Assembly (NCBI GenBank): GCA_964016885.1
Contig: OZ024740.1
Coordinates: forward strand, 400,210,001-400,274,000
Length of the DNA: 64,000 bases
Direction: 5' to 3'
From: Eledone cirrhosa
Taxonomy: Eukaryota
The notes beneath the pieces are model-generated. The model was not told the origin of the DNA, searched no databases, and saw only the letters and a program-made list of their open reading frames with translations. Of this stretch, positions 1-13,244 are shown one piece after another (the stretch's first letter is position 1; every line of letters begins with the position of its first letter). Position numbers and translations under genes: made by a program.

Positions 1-38
1 TGGCCTTGTGCCAAAAGTAGAAACAATTATCTAACACG

Positions 39-222
39 GATTGGCAGTATCGGTAGAGGTTCGGACGCCATGCTTTGACGCATAGAGTTACGGCCCTTGC
101 CATTCTGAGTTCAAATCCCGCCGAGGTTAACTTTGCCTTTCATCCTTACGGGTTCTATAAAATAAAGTACCAGTAATACACTGGATAATTGCTGGCCTTG
201 TGCCAAAAGTAGAAACAATTAT
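39..222 (+). mobile_element. tRNA-derived SINE (dominant family in window), full-length copy preceded by the tail of another copy (1-30)
   Basis: A-box-like TGGCAGTATCGG, B-box GAGTTCAAATCC, central GCCTTTCATCCTTACGGG..TAAAATAAAGTACCAG (resembles the Meta-SINE domain from memory), 3' tail GGCCTTGTGCCAAAAGTAGAAACAATTAT; many other copies in window. Confidence 0.85.
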
Positions 223-294
223 CTAACACGAGGATGATGATATGATCCCCACCACTATCCCTCCCCCATCATCATCATCAGCAGCAGAAGCAAG

Positions 295-325
<31 letters not shown>

Positions 326-396
326 AACATGCAAGGACAATAACACCATCAATAACAACAATCTGCAGCAAGAATAACAACTACAAATAAAACAAG

Positions 397-3300
397 AACA
401 ACTACCACAATAGCCACCACCATAGCCACCACCACACGACCTGACCATACTACCTCCCATACAACAACAACAGGGAAACAACTACCACAATAGCCACCAC
501 CATAACCACCACCACACGACCTGACCATACTACCTCCCATACAACAACAACAGGGAAACAACTACCACAATAGCCACCACCATAACCACCACCACACGAC
601 CTGACCATACTACCTCCCATACAACAACAACAGGGAAACAACTACCACCATAGCCACCACCATAGCCACCGCCACACGACCTGACCATACTACCTCCCAT
701 ACAACAACAACAGGGAAACAACTACCACAATAGCCACCACCATAGCCAACACCACACGACCTGACCATACTACCTCCCATACAACAACAACAGGGAAACA
801 ACTACCACAATAGCCACCACCATAGCGACCACCACACGACCTGACCATACTACCTCCCATACAACAACAACAGGGAAACAACTACCACAATAGCCACCAC
901 CATAACCACCACCACACGACCTGACCATACTACCTCCCATACAACAACAATAGGGAAACAACTACCACAATAGCCACCACCATAGCCACCACCACACGAC
1001 CTGACCATACTACCTCCCATACAACAACAACAGGGAAACAACTACGACAATAGCCACTACCATAACCACCACCACACGACCTGACCATACTACCTCCCAT
1101 ACAACAACAACAGGGAAACAACTACCACAATAGCCACCACCATAGCCACCACCACACGACCTGACCATACTACCTCCCATACAACAACAACAGGGAAACA
1201 ACTACCACAATAGCCACCACCATAGCCACCACCACACGACCTGACCATACTACCTCCCATACAACAACAACAGGGAAACAACTACCACAATAGCCACCAC
1301 CATAGCCACCACCACACGACCTGACCATACTACCTCCCATACAACAACAACAGGGAAACAACTACCACAATAGCCACCACCATAACCACCACCACACGAC
1401 ATCACCATACTACCTCCCATACAACAACAACAGGGAAACAACTACGACAATAGCCACCACCATAGCCACCACCACACGACCTGACCATGCTACCTCCCAT
1501 ACAACAACAACAGGGAAACAACTACCACAATAGCCACTACCATAACCACCACCACACGACCTGACCATACTACCTCCCATACAACAACAACAGGGAAACA
1601 ACTACCACAATATCCACCACCATAGCCACCACCACACGACCTGACCATACTACCTCCCATACAACAACAACAGGGAAACAACTACCACAATAGCCACCAC
1701 CATAGCCACCACCACACGACCTGACCATACTACCTCCCATACAACAACAACAGGGAAACAACTACCACAATAGCCACCACCATAGCCACCACCACACGAC
1801 CTGACCATACTACCTCCCATACAACAACAACAGGGAAACAACTACCACAATAGCCACCACCATAACCACCACCACACGACCTCACCATACTACCTCCCAT
1901 ACAACAACAACAGGGAAACAACTACGACAATAGCCACCACCATAGCCACCACCACACGACCTGACCATACTACCTCCCATACAACAACTACAGGGAAACA
2001 ACTACCACCATAGCCACCACCATAACCACCACCACACGACCTGACCATACTACCTCCCATACAACAACAATAGGGAAACAACTACCACAATAGCCACCAC
2101 CATAGACACCACCACACGACCTGACCATACTACCTCCCATACAACAACAACAGGGAAACAACTACGACAATAGCCACCACCATAGCCACCACCACACGAC
2201 CTGACCATACTACCTCCCATACAACAGCAACAGGGAAACAACTACCACAATAGCCACCACCATAGCCACCGCCACACTACCTCACCATACTACCTCCCAT
2301 ACAACAACAACAGGGAAACAACTACCACAATAGCCACCACCATAGCCACCACCACACTACCTCATCATACTACCTCCCATACAACAACAACAGGGAAACA
2401 ACTACCACAATAGCCACCACCATAGCCATCACCACACTACCTCACCATACTACCTCCCATACAACAACAACAGGGAAACAACTACCACAATAGCCACCAC
2501 CATAGCCACCACCACACGACCTGACCATACTACCTCCCATACAACAACAACAGGGAAACAACTACGACAATAGCCACCACCATAGCCACCACCACACGAC
2601 CTGACCATACTACCTCCCATACAACAGCAACAGGGAAACAACTACCACAATAGCCACCACCATAGCCACCGCCACACTACCTCACCATACTACCTCCCAT
2701 ACAACAGCAACAGGGAAACAACTACGCCAATAGCCACCACCATAGCCACCACCACACTACCTCACCATACTAGCTCCCATACAACAACAACAGGGAAACA
2801 ACTACCACGATAGCCACCACCATAGCCACCACCACATTACCTCACCATACTACCTCCCATACAACAACAACAGGGAAACAACTACCACAATAGCCACCAC
2901 CATAGCCACCACCACACTACCTCACCATACTACCTCCCATACAACAACAACAGGGAAACAACTACCACAATAGCCACCACCATAGCCTCCACCACACTAC
3001 CTCACCATACTACCTCCCATACAACAACAACAGGGAAACAACTACCACAATAGCCACCACCATAGCCACCACCACACTACCTCACCATACTACCTCCCAT
3101 ACAACAACAATAGGGAAACAACTACCACAATAGCCACCACCATAGCCTCCACCACACTACCTCACCATACTACCTCCCATACAACAACAACAGGGAAACA
3201 ACTACCACAATAGCCACCACCATAGCCTCCACCACACTACCCCACCATACTACCTCCCATACAACAACAACAGGGAAACAACTACCACAATAGCCACCAC

Positions 3301-4056
3301 CATAGCCTCCACCACACTACCTCACCATACTACCTCCCATACAACAACAACAGGGAAACAACTACCACAAGAGCCACCACCATAGCCACCACCACACGAC
3401 CTGACCATACTACCTCCCATACAACAACAACAGGGAAACAACTACCACAATAGCCACCACCATAGCCTCCACCACACTACCCCACCATACTACCTCCCAT
3501 ACAACAACAACAGGGAAACAACTACCACAATAGCCACCACCATAGCCTCCACCACACTACCTCACCATACTACCTCCCATACAACAACAACAGGAAAACA
3601 ACTACCACAATAGCCACCACCATAGCCACCACTACACTACATGACCATACTACCTCCCATACAACAACAGTAGGGAAACAACTACCACAATAGCCACCAC
3701 CATAGCCATCACCACACTACCTCAACATACTACCTCCCATACAACAACAACAGGAAACAACTACCACCATAGCCACCACCACACTACCTCACCATACTAC
3801 CTCCCATACAACAACAACAGGGAAACAACTACCACAAGAGCCACCACCATAGCCAACACTACACTACATGACCATACTACCTCCCATACAACAACAACAG
3901 GGAAACAACTACCACAATAGCCACCACCATAGCCATCACCACACTACCTCAACATACTACCTCCTATACAACAACACCAGGGAAACAACTACCACCATAG
4001 CCACCACCATAGCCATCACCACACTACCTCACCATACTACCTCCCATACAACAACA
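397..4056. repeat. 80-bp tandem satellite/minisatellite, about 45 copies, strongly C/A-skewed
   Basis: Unit AACAACTACCACAATAGCCACCACCATAGCCACCACCACACGACCTGACCATACTACCTCCCATACAACAACAACAGGGA recurs every 80 nt; ORF track repeats at 80-nt spacing. Confidence 0.97.
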
Positions 4057-4310
4057 AATCTACTACCACACACACAACAACAAATCTTCTACCACACATA
4101 CAACAACAAATCTACTACCACACACACAACAACAAATCTACTACCTCCCATACACAACAAATCTACTACCACACACACAACAACCTACTACCACACACAG
4201 AATAACAAATCTACTACCACACGCACAACAACAAATCTACTACCACACGCACAACAATAAATCTACTACCACACGCACAACAACAAATCTACTACCTCCC
4301 ATACAACAAC
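4057..4310. repeat. ~27-bp degenerate tandem repeat at the edge of the satellite
   Basis: AAATCTACTACCACACACACAACAAC-like unit repeated about 9 times. Confidence 0.8.
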
Positions 4311-4529
4311 GGGGAAGTATTGGAAGATGTTTCACAGTAATTATATCAGATAGGGTAGTTGGAAAAAGTGAAATTTTTGCATACTTTTGTCGTTTCTTCT
4401 AATTAGTTTCGTTTCGTTGAGTTGAGTTACGTTGTTGGAATAATTAACAAAGGTAATTGGAGATAAGAGTTGAAAAGCGGCCGAAAACAAAATTACAAAC
4501 AGCTAATGTTATAATAGGGGTGAAGTAGA

Positions 4530-4610
4530 TAATGATGATGATGGTGATGATGATGGCGATGGTGATGATGATAATGGTGATGGTGATGGTGATAATGATA
4601 CTGGTGCTGG

Positions 4611-4660
<50 letters not shown>

Positions 4661-5450
4661 GTGATGATGGCGATGGTAAAGATGATGATGATGGTGATGA
4701 TGGTGATGGTGATGATGGTGATGATGATGGTGATGATGAAGGTGAAGATGATGATGATGATGGTAATAGTGATGATGGTGATGATGATGATGGTGGTGGT
4801 GATGGTGATGGTGATGGTGACGGTTGCTGATGGTAAAGATGATGATGGTGATGATGGTGATGATGATGGTAATGGTGATGATGGTGATGGTGATGAAGGT
4901 GATGATGATGATGGTAATGGTGATGATGGTGATGGTGATGATGATGATGGTGATGATGATGATGATGATGGTGATGATGATGGTAATGGTGATGATGGTG
5001 ATGGTGATGATGGTGATGGTGATGATGAAGGTGATGGTGATGCAGGTGATAATGGTGACGATAATGATGATGGTGATGGTGATGGTGATGATGATGGTGG
5101 TGGTGATGGTGATGATGATGGCGATGATGATGATGGTGATGGTGATGGTGATGGTGGTGATGGTGATGGTGGTGGTGATGAAGGTGATAATGATGGTGGT
5201 GATGGTGATGGTGGTGATGGTGATGGTGATGGTGGTGGTGATGAAGGTGATAATGATGGTGGTGATGGTGATGGTGGTGATGGTGATGGTGGTGGTGATG
5301 AAGGTGATGGTGGTGGTGATGAAGGTGATGGTGGTGGTGATGAAGGTGATAATGATGGTGGTGATGGTGATGATGGTGGTGATGGTGATGGTGGTGATGG
5401 TGATGGTGATGGTGGTGGTGATGAAGGTGATGATGATAATGAGGAGGGGG
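4530..5450. repeat. (GAT/GGT)n compound trinucleotide microsatellite
   Basis: Direct reading; followed by (GAA)n at about 5672-5790. Confidence 0.95.
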
Positions 5451-5981
5451 AGGAAGTGGAGTAGTTTAATGTGGCAGACGAGGAAGATGACGATGACGAT
5501 GATAATAACGAAGAGGAGAAGGAGGAGGTACTCAGTAATTAAGATGGTGGCGACGACGGCGACGATGGTGATAATGAAATGTAGGAGGGTGAGAATGGCG
5601 GCCAGGTACGGGAGAAATGTAGATGAAGAGATGACGAGATTTTGGGGGGTAGAAACAGCAGGAGGAGTGATAGAAGAAGAAGAAGAAGAAGAAGAAGAAG
5701 AAGAAGAAGAAGAAGAAGAAGAAGAAGAAGAATAAGAATAAGAAGATGAATAAGAAGATGAAGAAGAAGAAGAAGGAAAAAAGAAGAAGAAGGAGGAGGT
5801 GTGTGGGAGGACAAGAAGGAGAGTCAATGAGATAAGTCTGTAGAATGAATCAGATTTATGAAATAAGAGCGAACGTACATATCTATCTATCTAACTATCT
5901 CTCTCTCCACCCCCTCTCTCTTCTCTCTATCGCTCTCTCTCTCTTCTCTCTAACGGTCTCTCTCAATCTCTCCGCCTCTTT

Positions 5982-6036
<55 letters not shown>

Positions 6037-6296
6037 ATCCAATCTATGTATCTGTCTATCTAGCGAGGGAAAGTGTGAGATGGGGAAAGCAGGATGGAGA
6101 GATTCTGGTAGGAAGAAAGAGATGGTGATCGAAGAGAGGGAGTAATCTATCAGTGAGAGAAACAAACTAGATAATTGCAGATTAGTGCATATAATGAAAT
6201 TAAAAAGACAGACTGATAGTATCGCAAGGAAACAATAATGAATTCCTCTCTCTTGTATTCTGTCTCTCCCCCTCCCTCCCTCCCCCTCTCTCTCTC

Positions 6297-6375
<79 letters not shown>

Positions 6376-6381
<6 letters not shown>

Positions 6382-6575
6382 GTGAGGTTTTTTTTACAAA
6401 GTGAAAAATAACCGAGGTGTCCTACACGAGTGAAAGTATAAAGAAAAAAAGATGAAATCGGAAATGCAACTGGAGTCTTATTTTAAAAAAAATATATATA
6501 TTTATTTGATTCCTTTACCGGTTTCGCAGTTCTTCTGTTTTTAAAAGTAGAGTTGAGATGAAGGGTCTGTGGTTT
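6376..6575 (-). mobile_element. Single-arm copy of the short hammerhead-bearing element seen at 60739-61100; ribozyme core degenerate
   Basis: Near-identical to the reverse complement of 60890-61100; abuts a (TA)n tract; core reads UUAAAAA instead of UUGAAAA at about 6512-6548. Confidence 0.75.
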
Positions 6576-7447
6576 TATCATATATGCAACAACACAGCTC
6601 GCAATTTTTCATTCATATATGCTTTCCCCTTCAATGTGACCTCTCTTTTTTGTCTTCCCTTACTGCTATCCTCTTTCTCTCTCCTCCTTCTCTCTCCTTC
6701 TCCCTCTTACTTTCACTCACCCCCTCTGCTAGTCACACTCTCTCGGCTAGCCTCCTCCTCACACTTTCACTCACTCACTCTCTGCTACTCACCCTCTCTC
6801 TCACTCCATCGTCCCACACCGTACGAAATTCTTTCCTCGCTCACATTCGCACGGCCAAGATGTGTCTTTGCCTTCTCCTCAATATTCGCAAGTTCTTATA
6901 TTCAAAATCAATCATTGACTTGATTTTCTCATTTTTTTCTCTCTTTACGTTGCCTCACCATTCATGTTTGTTTACCTGTCTCTCTTCCTCCACCCAATTC
7001 TTTTTATCCCAATAACTTATTTTAGTTATTGTGTTGCTCTAGCCGGAGGTATATGGTCTGTAATGCGAAGAAATACCAATGATGCTAGTAGACAACTGAT
7101 GATGGATAGTCCTGGCTTCTATTTCTAATTCTTCATTTTATTATATATATCATATATGCAACAACACAGCTCGCCATTTTCATTTATTTTTATGTGTAGA
7201 TAGTACGGCAGTTACTTAAATGTAAGTATGTATATATGTATACGTACATACATATATGTATACAGACGTACAGTACTATGTATATATATATATATATGCA
7301 TACATGCACACATATATATATGCACGTATTGGTTTACCGAACATTTATTATAATGCTCGGTTTGTTTGTAAACAAACAAACAGCCCGAATTACGCCGTAC
7401 AGTGTTTAGGCAAACACGTCACCTTTTTGTTCAATACTGACACAAGA

Positions 7448-7490
7448 ACGATGTACTAGTTTCAAGCTTATTAGCTATCGTCAGCATCGT
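7448..7490 (-). ncRNA. Minimal type I hammerhead ribozyme
   Basis: Reverse complement reads ACGAUG-CUGACGA-uAGCU aaua AGCUu-GAAA-CUAG-UA-CAUCGU. Confidence 0.8.
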
Positions 7491-7887
7491 ATACCTTCCT
7501 GCCAGATGGTTGAACGTCTGAAAGTATATACTTTCCTTATGCATATTAACGGCCGAGCAGCCTAATTTGTATATCGAGAGAGTTTAGTCGGCCAGGCGCA
7601 CCGAAAACGATAAATGGAATAGAATGAAACGAAATTTCATTTCTCACTCTTAGTACAGCAGTTACTTAAATGTAAGTATGTATGTATACGTACATACATA
7701 TATGTATACAGACGTACAGTAGTATGTATATATATACATACATGCACACACATATATATATGCACGTATCGGTTTACCGAACATTTATTATAATGCTCGG
7801 TTTGTTTGTAAACAAAGAAACAGCTCGAATTACGCCGTACAGTGTTTAGGCAACCACTTCACCTTTTTGTTCAACACTGACACAGGA

Positions 7888-7930
7888 ACGATGTACTAGT
7901 TTCAAGCTTATTAGCTATCGTCAGCATCGT
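7888..7930 (-). ncRNA. Minimal type I hammerhead ribozyme
   Basis: Identical to 7448-7490, 440 nt away. Confidence 0.8.
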
Positions 7931-8348
7931 ATACCTTCCTGACAGATGGTTGAACGTCTTCCTTATGCATATTAACGGCTGATCAACATAATTTGCATAT
8001 CGAGTGAGTTTAGTCGGCCGGGCGCACCGAAAACGATAAATGGAATAGAATGAAACATTCGGTAAACCGATACGTGCATATATATATGTGTGCATGTATG
8101 TATATATATATACATACTACTGTACGTCTGTATACATATATGTATGTACGTATACATACATACTTACATTTAAGTAACTGCCGTACTAAGAGTGAGAAAT
8201 GTAATTTCGTTTCATTCTATTCCATTTATCGTTTTCGGTGCGCCCGGCCGACTAAACTCACTCGATATGCAAATTAGGCTGCTCAGCCGTTAATATGCAT
8301 AAGGAAAGTATATACTTTCAGACGTTCAACCATCTGTCAGGAAGGTAT

Positions 8349-8391
8349 ACGATGCTGACGATAGCTAATAAGCTTGAAACTAGTACATCGT
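8349..8391 (+). ncRNA. Minimal type I hammerhead ribozyme
   Basis: Stem I ACGAUG/CAUCGU, core CUGACGA, stem II AGCU/AGCU (closed by U-U), GAAA, palindromic stem III ACUAGU, GUA cleavage triplet (cut after 8385). Confidence 0.82.
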
Positions 8392-8623
8392 TCCTTTGTC
8401 AGTGTTGAGAAAAAAGGTGACGTGGTTGCCTAAACACTGTACGGCGTAATTCGGGCTGTTTGTTTGTTTACAAACAAACCGAGCATTATAATAAATGTTC
8501 GGTAAACCGATACGTGCATATATATATGTGTGCATGTATGTATATATATATATACATACTACTGTACGTCTGTATACATATATGTATGTACGTATATATA
8601 CATATATATATATATATAAATGC

Positions 8624-8760
<137 letters not shown>

Positions 8761-8809
8761 CATATTTATACATATATATATATACATATTTATACATATA
8801 TATATATAC

Positions 8810-8840
<31 letters not shown>

Positions 8841-10019
8841 ATATATATATATATATATACATGCGTACATACCTTTATAGTAAATTAGTTCATGATAGTG
8901 AAATCTGTTTGGACCAGTGCGTAATATCATTTAACAGAAAAAAACCCAGAAACAATTGTTTTGTTTACTTGTGCTTCTAATTGACAGTCAATACTTCAGT
9001 ATGTAATTATCACCACTATAGTTATGACAATATCTATGTACTTGAGTAATTTAGGATGTTAATTTTGCTTACTGATAGGTTTGAGATTTACCTGTGAAGA
9101 TCGCGCGATGCATAGAGAAATTTTACTGTTCATTTGTATATATTTGTATATGTGCATAAAGGATTTGTTGATTAACTACGTAATGCGAATATAATTACTG
9201 TGACTCCCGCATGATTTGGTATTTTAACAGAACAGACGTAAACTTTGTTTCCTTTCCACATATATAGGAAAAGATCATCGAATGGGATCTTCCTATTTAT
9301 CGACGGTAAGGTGTGGTTTGAGGGGAATTTGGTTACCATTTTAGCAGGTCATTGAGTTCGTAGATTTTTAATAAAAATATACACAATATATTTATAACTC
9401 CCGGTGAAGTATACTGCATTTAACCTGTAAGTTTAACTTTCTCACTCTATTCACCAGTTCGATTTATTTTTTCATCGTTTGCTGTACTGTATTTGTTTTC
9501 TATTTGAAAGCCCACAGGTAGAGTGCTTTAGGGAATCGTCATATTTTTTCAATGTGAATTTTCATGCCAACGTGTATTCCTGTAAATGGTCAGGCCTGGC
9601 TTATCATTTCTTTGACGTGACGTCACGCGTCATTAAAGGGTTTACTTCTACAGTCACTTGTCACTAGCAACTGAACGTGGTAACACGCCATTTTTCTCTT
9701 TCCATCACAGGGAAGTGAACTCTCGCTGACGAACCGGTACGACGTCTAATTACGTAATGTGTACTATCATTATCTAATATTTACACATGGCTGCTCCTTT
9801 CGGAACACTGCTAACAGATCGGGACGGCAGAAACTGTTGCAACAATCTAGGCTTCTTAGTATTCTAGCCCATACGAAGTCGTCTTCCTCACTGATTAGCA
9901 AAAATGTGCACTCTGGCAGCTGGGATCGAATTTTAATAATACTAACTTAAGTGGTCATTGAGTGAGTGATGAAACGACCGAAGCTATGTCCTTTCTATTC
10001 GACATGCTTCGACTCTTAC

Positions 10020-10078
<59 letters not shown>

Positions 10079-10083
<5 letters not shown>

Positions 10084-10136
10084 GTAAGTATGTATGTATA
10101 CGTACATACATATATGTATACAGACATACAGTAGCA

Positions 10137-10188
<52 letters not shown>

Positions 10189-10221
10189 CAGGTACACATA
10201 CATGTATGTACGTATCAGTTT
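10079..10221 (-). repeat. Fragment of the hammerhead repeat family (no ribozyme)
   Basis: AAATGTAAGTATGTATGTATACGTACATAC... matches 7668 onward and 23374 onward. Confidence 0.7.
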
Positions 10222-10706
10222 ATATATATATAATTATAGGAATAACCAAAGAGTGCTTAGAAATACAATATACACTCTTTGGTTATTCCTATAACTATAA
10301 CGGCTCTGTAGTATACTAGTTATCCTACATTGAGCTAAAACCACACTGTCATACCAAGGGCAATATATCTACATGTCTAGGCATATTGATATATTTGTCA
10401 ACGAAATATATATATATATATAATCACCCATACATGCATTATAAGCATACGGATACACACACACACATTCATATATATATATATATATATATTAACGGGA
10501 TCTTCTGAAACTAAAAAGAAGATCCCGTTAAGGGTGAAAGCAGCGATTCTTTGCTTAAACTTTAATCTGTTATTTTAATAAATATTTGCTCTAGGGTTCT
10601 TATATATTTGATATATATTTATCCTTATCGAGCCCTCTTTGGATTTTAGTCTTCACATTTATTATTATTACTATATATATATAAATGGGTGAGGAAGCTG
10701 GATGCG

Positions 10707-10760
<54 letters not shown>

Positions 10761-11389
10761 CAGAGAAAGAGGGGGGGGTGAGAGAGAGAGAAAGAGATCC
10801 ACACTGAAGGAAAAGGTGTCCACTTGTGGTAGATTACATACATTCTAGCAGCATTATGATTTTTTATCATTATAATACAGGTTCCTTGCAGATTCTTCAA
10901 CGGGACGAGGAAATAATGAAGACGGGCTGAAACCTCAGCTTCGAATTAATACTTATGTGTGTGTCTACATGAAGGTGTGTGTGTGTGTATGCGCGCGCGC
11001 GTGTGTGTGCGTGTATGTCTGTGAATACATATTAAAATAAGTTGACAAGATGGCATTCAAACACACACAGACACACGCACAAATATATATGTATGAGCGA
11101 CAGTCACATAAATACATGTGAGAGTGTGTGTGTGTGCGTGCATGTGTGTGTACATACCTGCGTGCGTGTGCCTGTTTGGGTGTGAGAGGAGTGATTGCGT
11201 GGATGTGTCCGTTTAGATATATGTAGAAGACTATTTGGCATTCATATAATAGCCATGTGTGAGTACCAGTATTCCGGTGGTTATATGTCTAAATACACAC
11301 GCATGTTTCAATTGATATGCAGACATGACTGCCCGTTCTAATATGTGTAGATATGCATGTAATCATATACATACATACATCTCTCTCTC

Positions 11390-11444
<55 letters not shown>

Positions 11445-11445
11445 A

Positions 11446-11538
<93 letters not shown>

Positions 11539-11549
11539 GTGTGTGTGTA

Positions 11550-11607
<58 letters not shown>

Positions 11608-11612
11608 TATAT

Positions 11613-11682
<70 letters not shown>

Positions 11683-11723
11683 GTGTGTGTATGTACATAT
11701 ATATATGTGTGTGTGTACATACG

Positions 11724-11773
<50 letters not shown>

Positions 11774-12631
11774 CACGAAGATATTACGATTGTGTGTACG
11801 TGAGTGTGCGTGTGTCTGTGCATGTCTGCATATGTGTATTATATGTTATAAATGTGTACGTTTTCCGTGTAGGTGGATGATCCATGTACATGCGTGTTCA
11901 AGTTCTCTCTTCACCTCGCTACGAAACAGACAATAGCTATATGGCTTCTAAGTAACAAATTAGAAGATTAGAAATACCAGGAGACAGCCGTGAGGTCACG
12001 TGGTACATCCCTCCTTTTAACCTTAACGGTAATCATACAATGGCAGCTATAATTATTCTTCGACTACATCCTCTAATTAACCGTGCTTCTTGTCTCTCGG
12101 GAAAAGCGCACGATCGAATAACATGCTAATCTATGCAAACATCCGAACAGTACACGGTAGGAGAACGCGTGCGGGTTTGTCAGCACACGTGTATACATTT
12201 TCACAGTGCGAAGTGGGCATCGTAACGTCTGTGTATACATTCTATCAATTCCTTACCCCTATCATCATACATACAGACACACAAACACCAATACGCACAA
12301 GCACACACAATAGAGACACGCACATATATATGTATATATCTACATACACACAAGTACACACACATATATACATCTATATATCTACATACAAGTACACACA
12401 CACGCACCCATATATATATATACATACATACATGCATGTGCAGTCATACATATTCATATACATGATTCTATAAAAACATGTATGCGTATATAGATCAATT
12501 TTTAAGTAACAGTACATATTTGGATTCTATTGTAAGCGTGTGTACGAGTGACATAGTATATCGACATGTAAACAACATCTGAGATACTAAAATTCACTCG
12601 CACACACATATTAATTCATATATTCACATGC

Positions 12632-12694
<63 letters not shown>

Positions 12695-12716
12695 TCTCTC
12701 TCTCTCCCTCTCTATG

Positions 12717-12776
<60 letters not shown>

Positions 12777-13097
12777 AATTATAAGTTTGAAGAATAGTCT
12801 GGCAAAATTTATCAATTATTTTCTTCTTAGTCCGTAGAAATCAACTAGATAAATAATCATTTAAACGGAGTTAAGTTTAAAATGTAACTTTGAAGAAATA
12901 ACAGATAAATATTATCGATATTCCTCTATGAGGAACAGTCACACAAAATTTACCTAGTTTTTCCTCTTAGTCCGTAGAAATTAACTAGACAAATAATCAA
13001 TTAAACGGAGCTAAGTCGAAAATGTAAATTTGACAAAAAAAAAAAATATATATATATAAAATAATAAGTTGACGCGACTAGCATAAAGTTTCCATGC

Positions 13098-13157
<60 letters not shown>

Positions 13158-13244
13158 TTGTAAGTTTCCGACCGCGCCCGCCAAGCGGTTTCGGCTTGTG
13201 TGTTCAGCAAGCCTTACGAGAGTGAAATTATATTTGTAGGTTGT

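Larger units (their letters stand above)
7201..8600. mobile_element. Retrozyme-like hammerhead repeat: about two tandem ~440-450-nt units (minus sense, 7201-8057) joined to an inverted 1.2-unit stretch (plus sense, 8058-8600)
   Basis: TAGTAC(G/A)GCAGTTACTTAAATG recurs at 7201 and 7651; identical hammerheads at 7448, 7888 (minus) and 8349 (plus); strand switch near 8057. Confidence 0.8.

Noticed and set aside
39-125. tRNA gene
   Set aside because: A and B boxes belong to the SINE head; no complete cloverleaf
397-4056. CRISPR-like regular array
   Set aside because: No unique spacers, no cas genes, eukaryotic context
278-4260. Series of Cys/Gly-rich 63-aa ORFs resembling keratin-associated or metallothionein peptides
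   Set aside because: They arise from an 80-bp unit (not a multiple of 3) with non-ATG starts; satellite artefact
4493-5827. Long His/Asp/Gly/Met-rich ORFs
   Set aside because: Open frames of (GAT/GGT)n microsatellite
9580-9950. CRE/E-box motifs (TGACGTCA) suggesting a regulatory element; similar non-repetitive patches at about 12000, 17900, 20700 and 47300
   Set aside because: Short motifs are expected by chance; no exon or conservation evidence available from sequence alone
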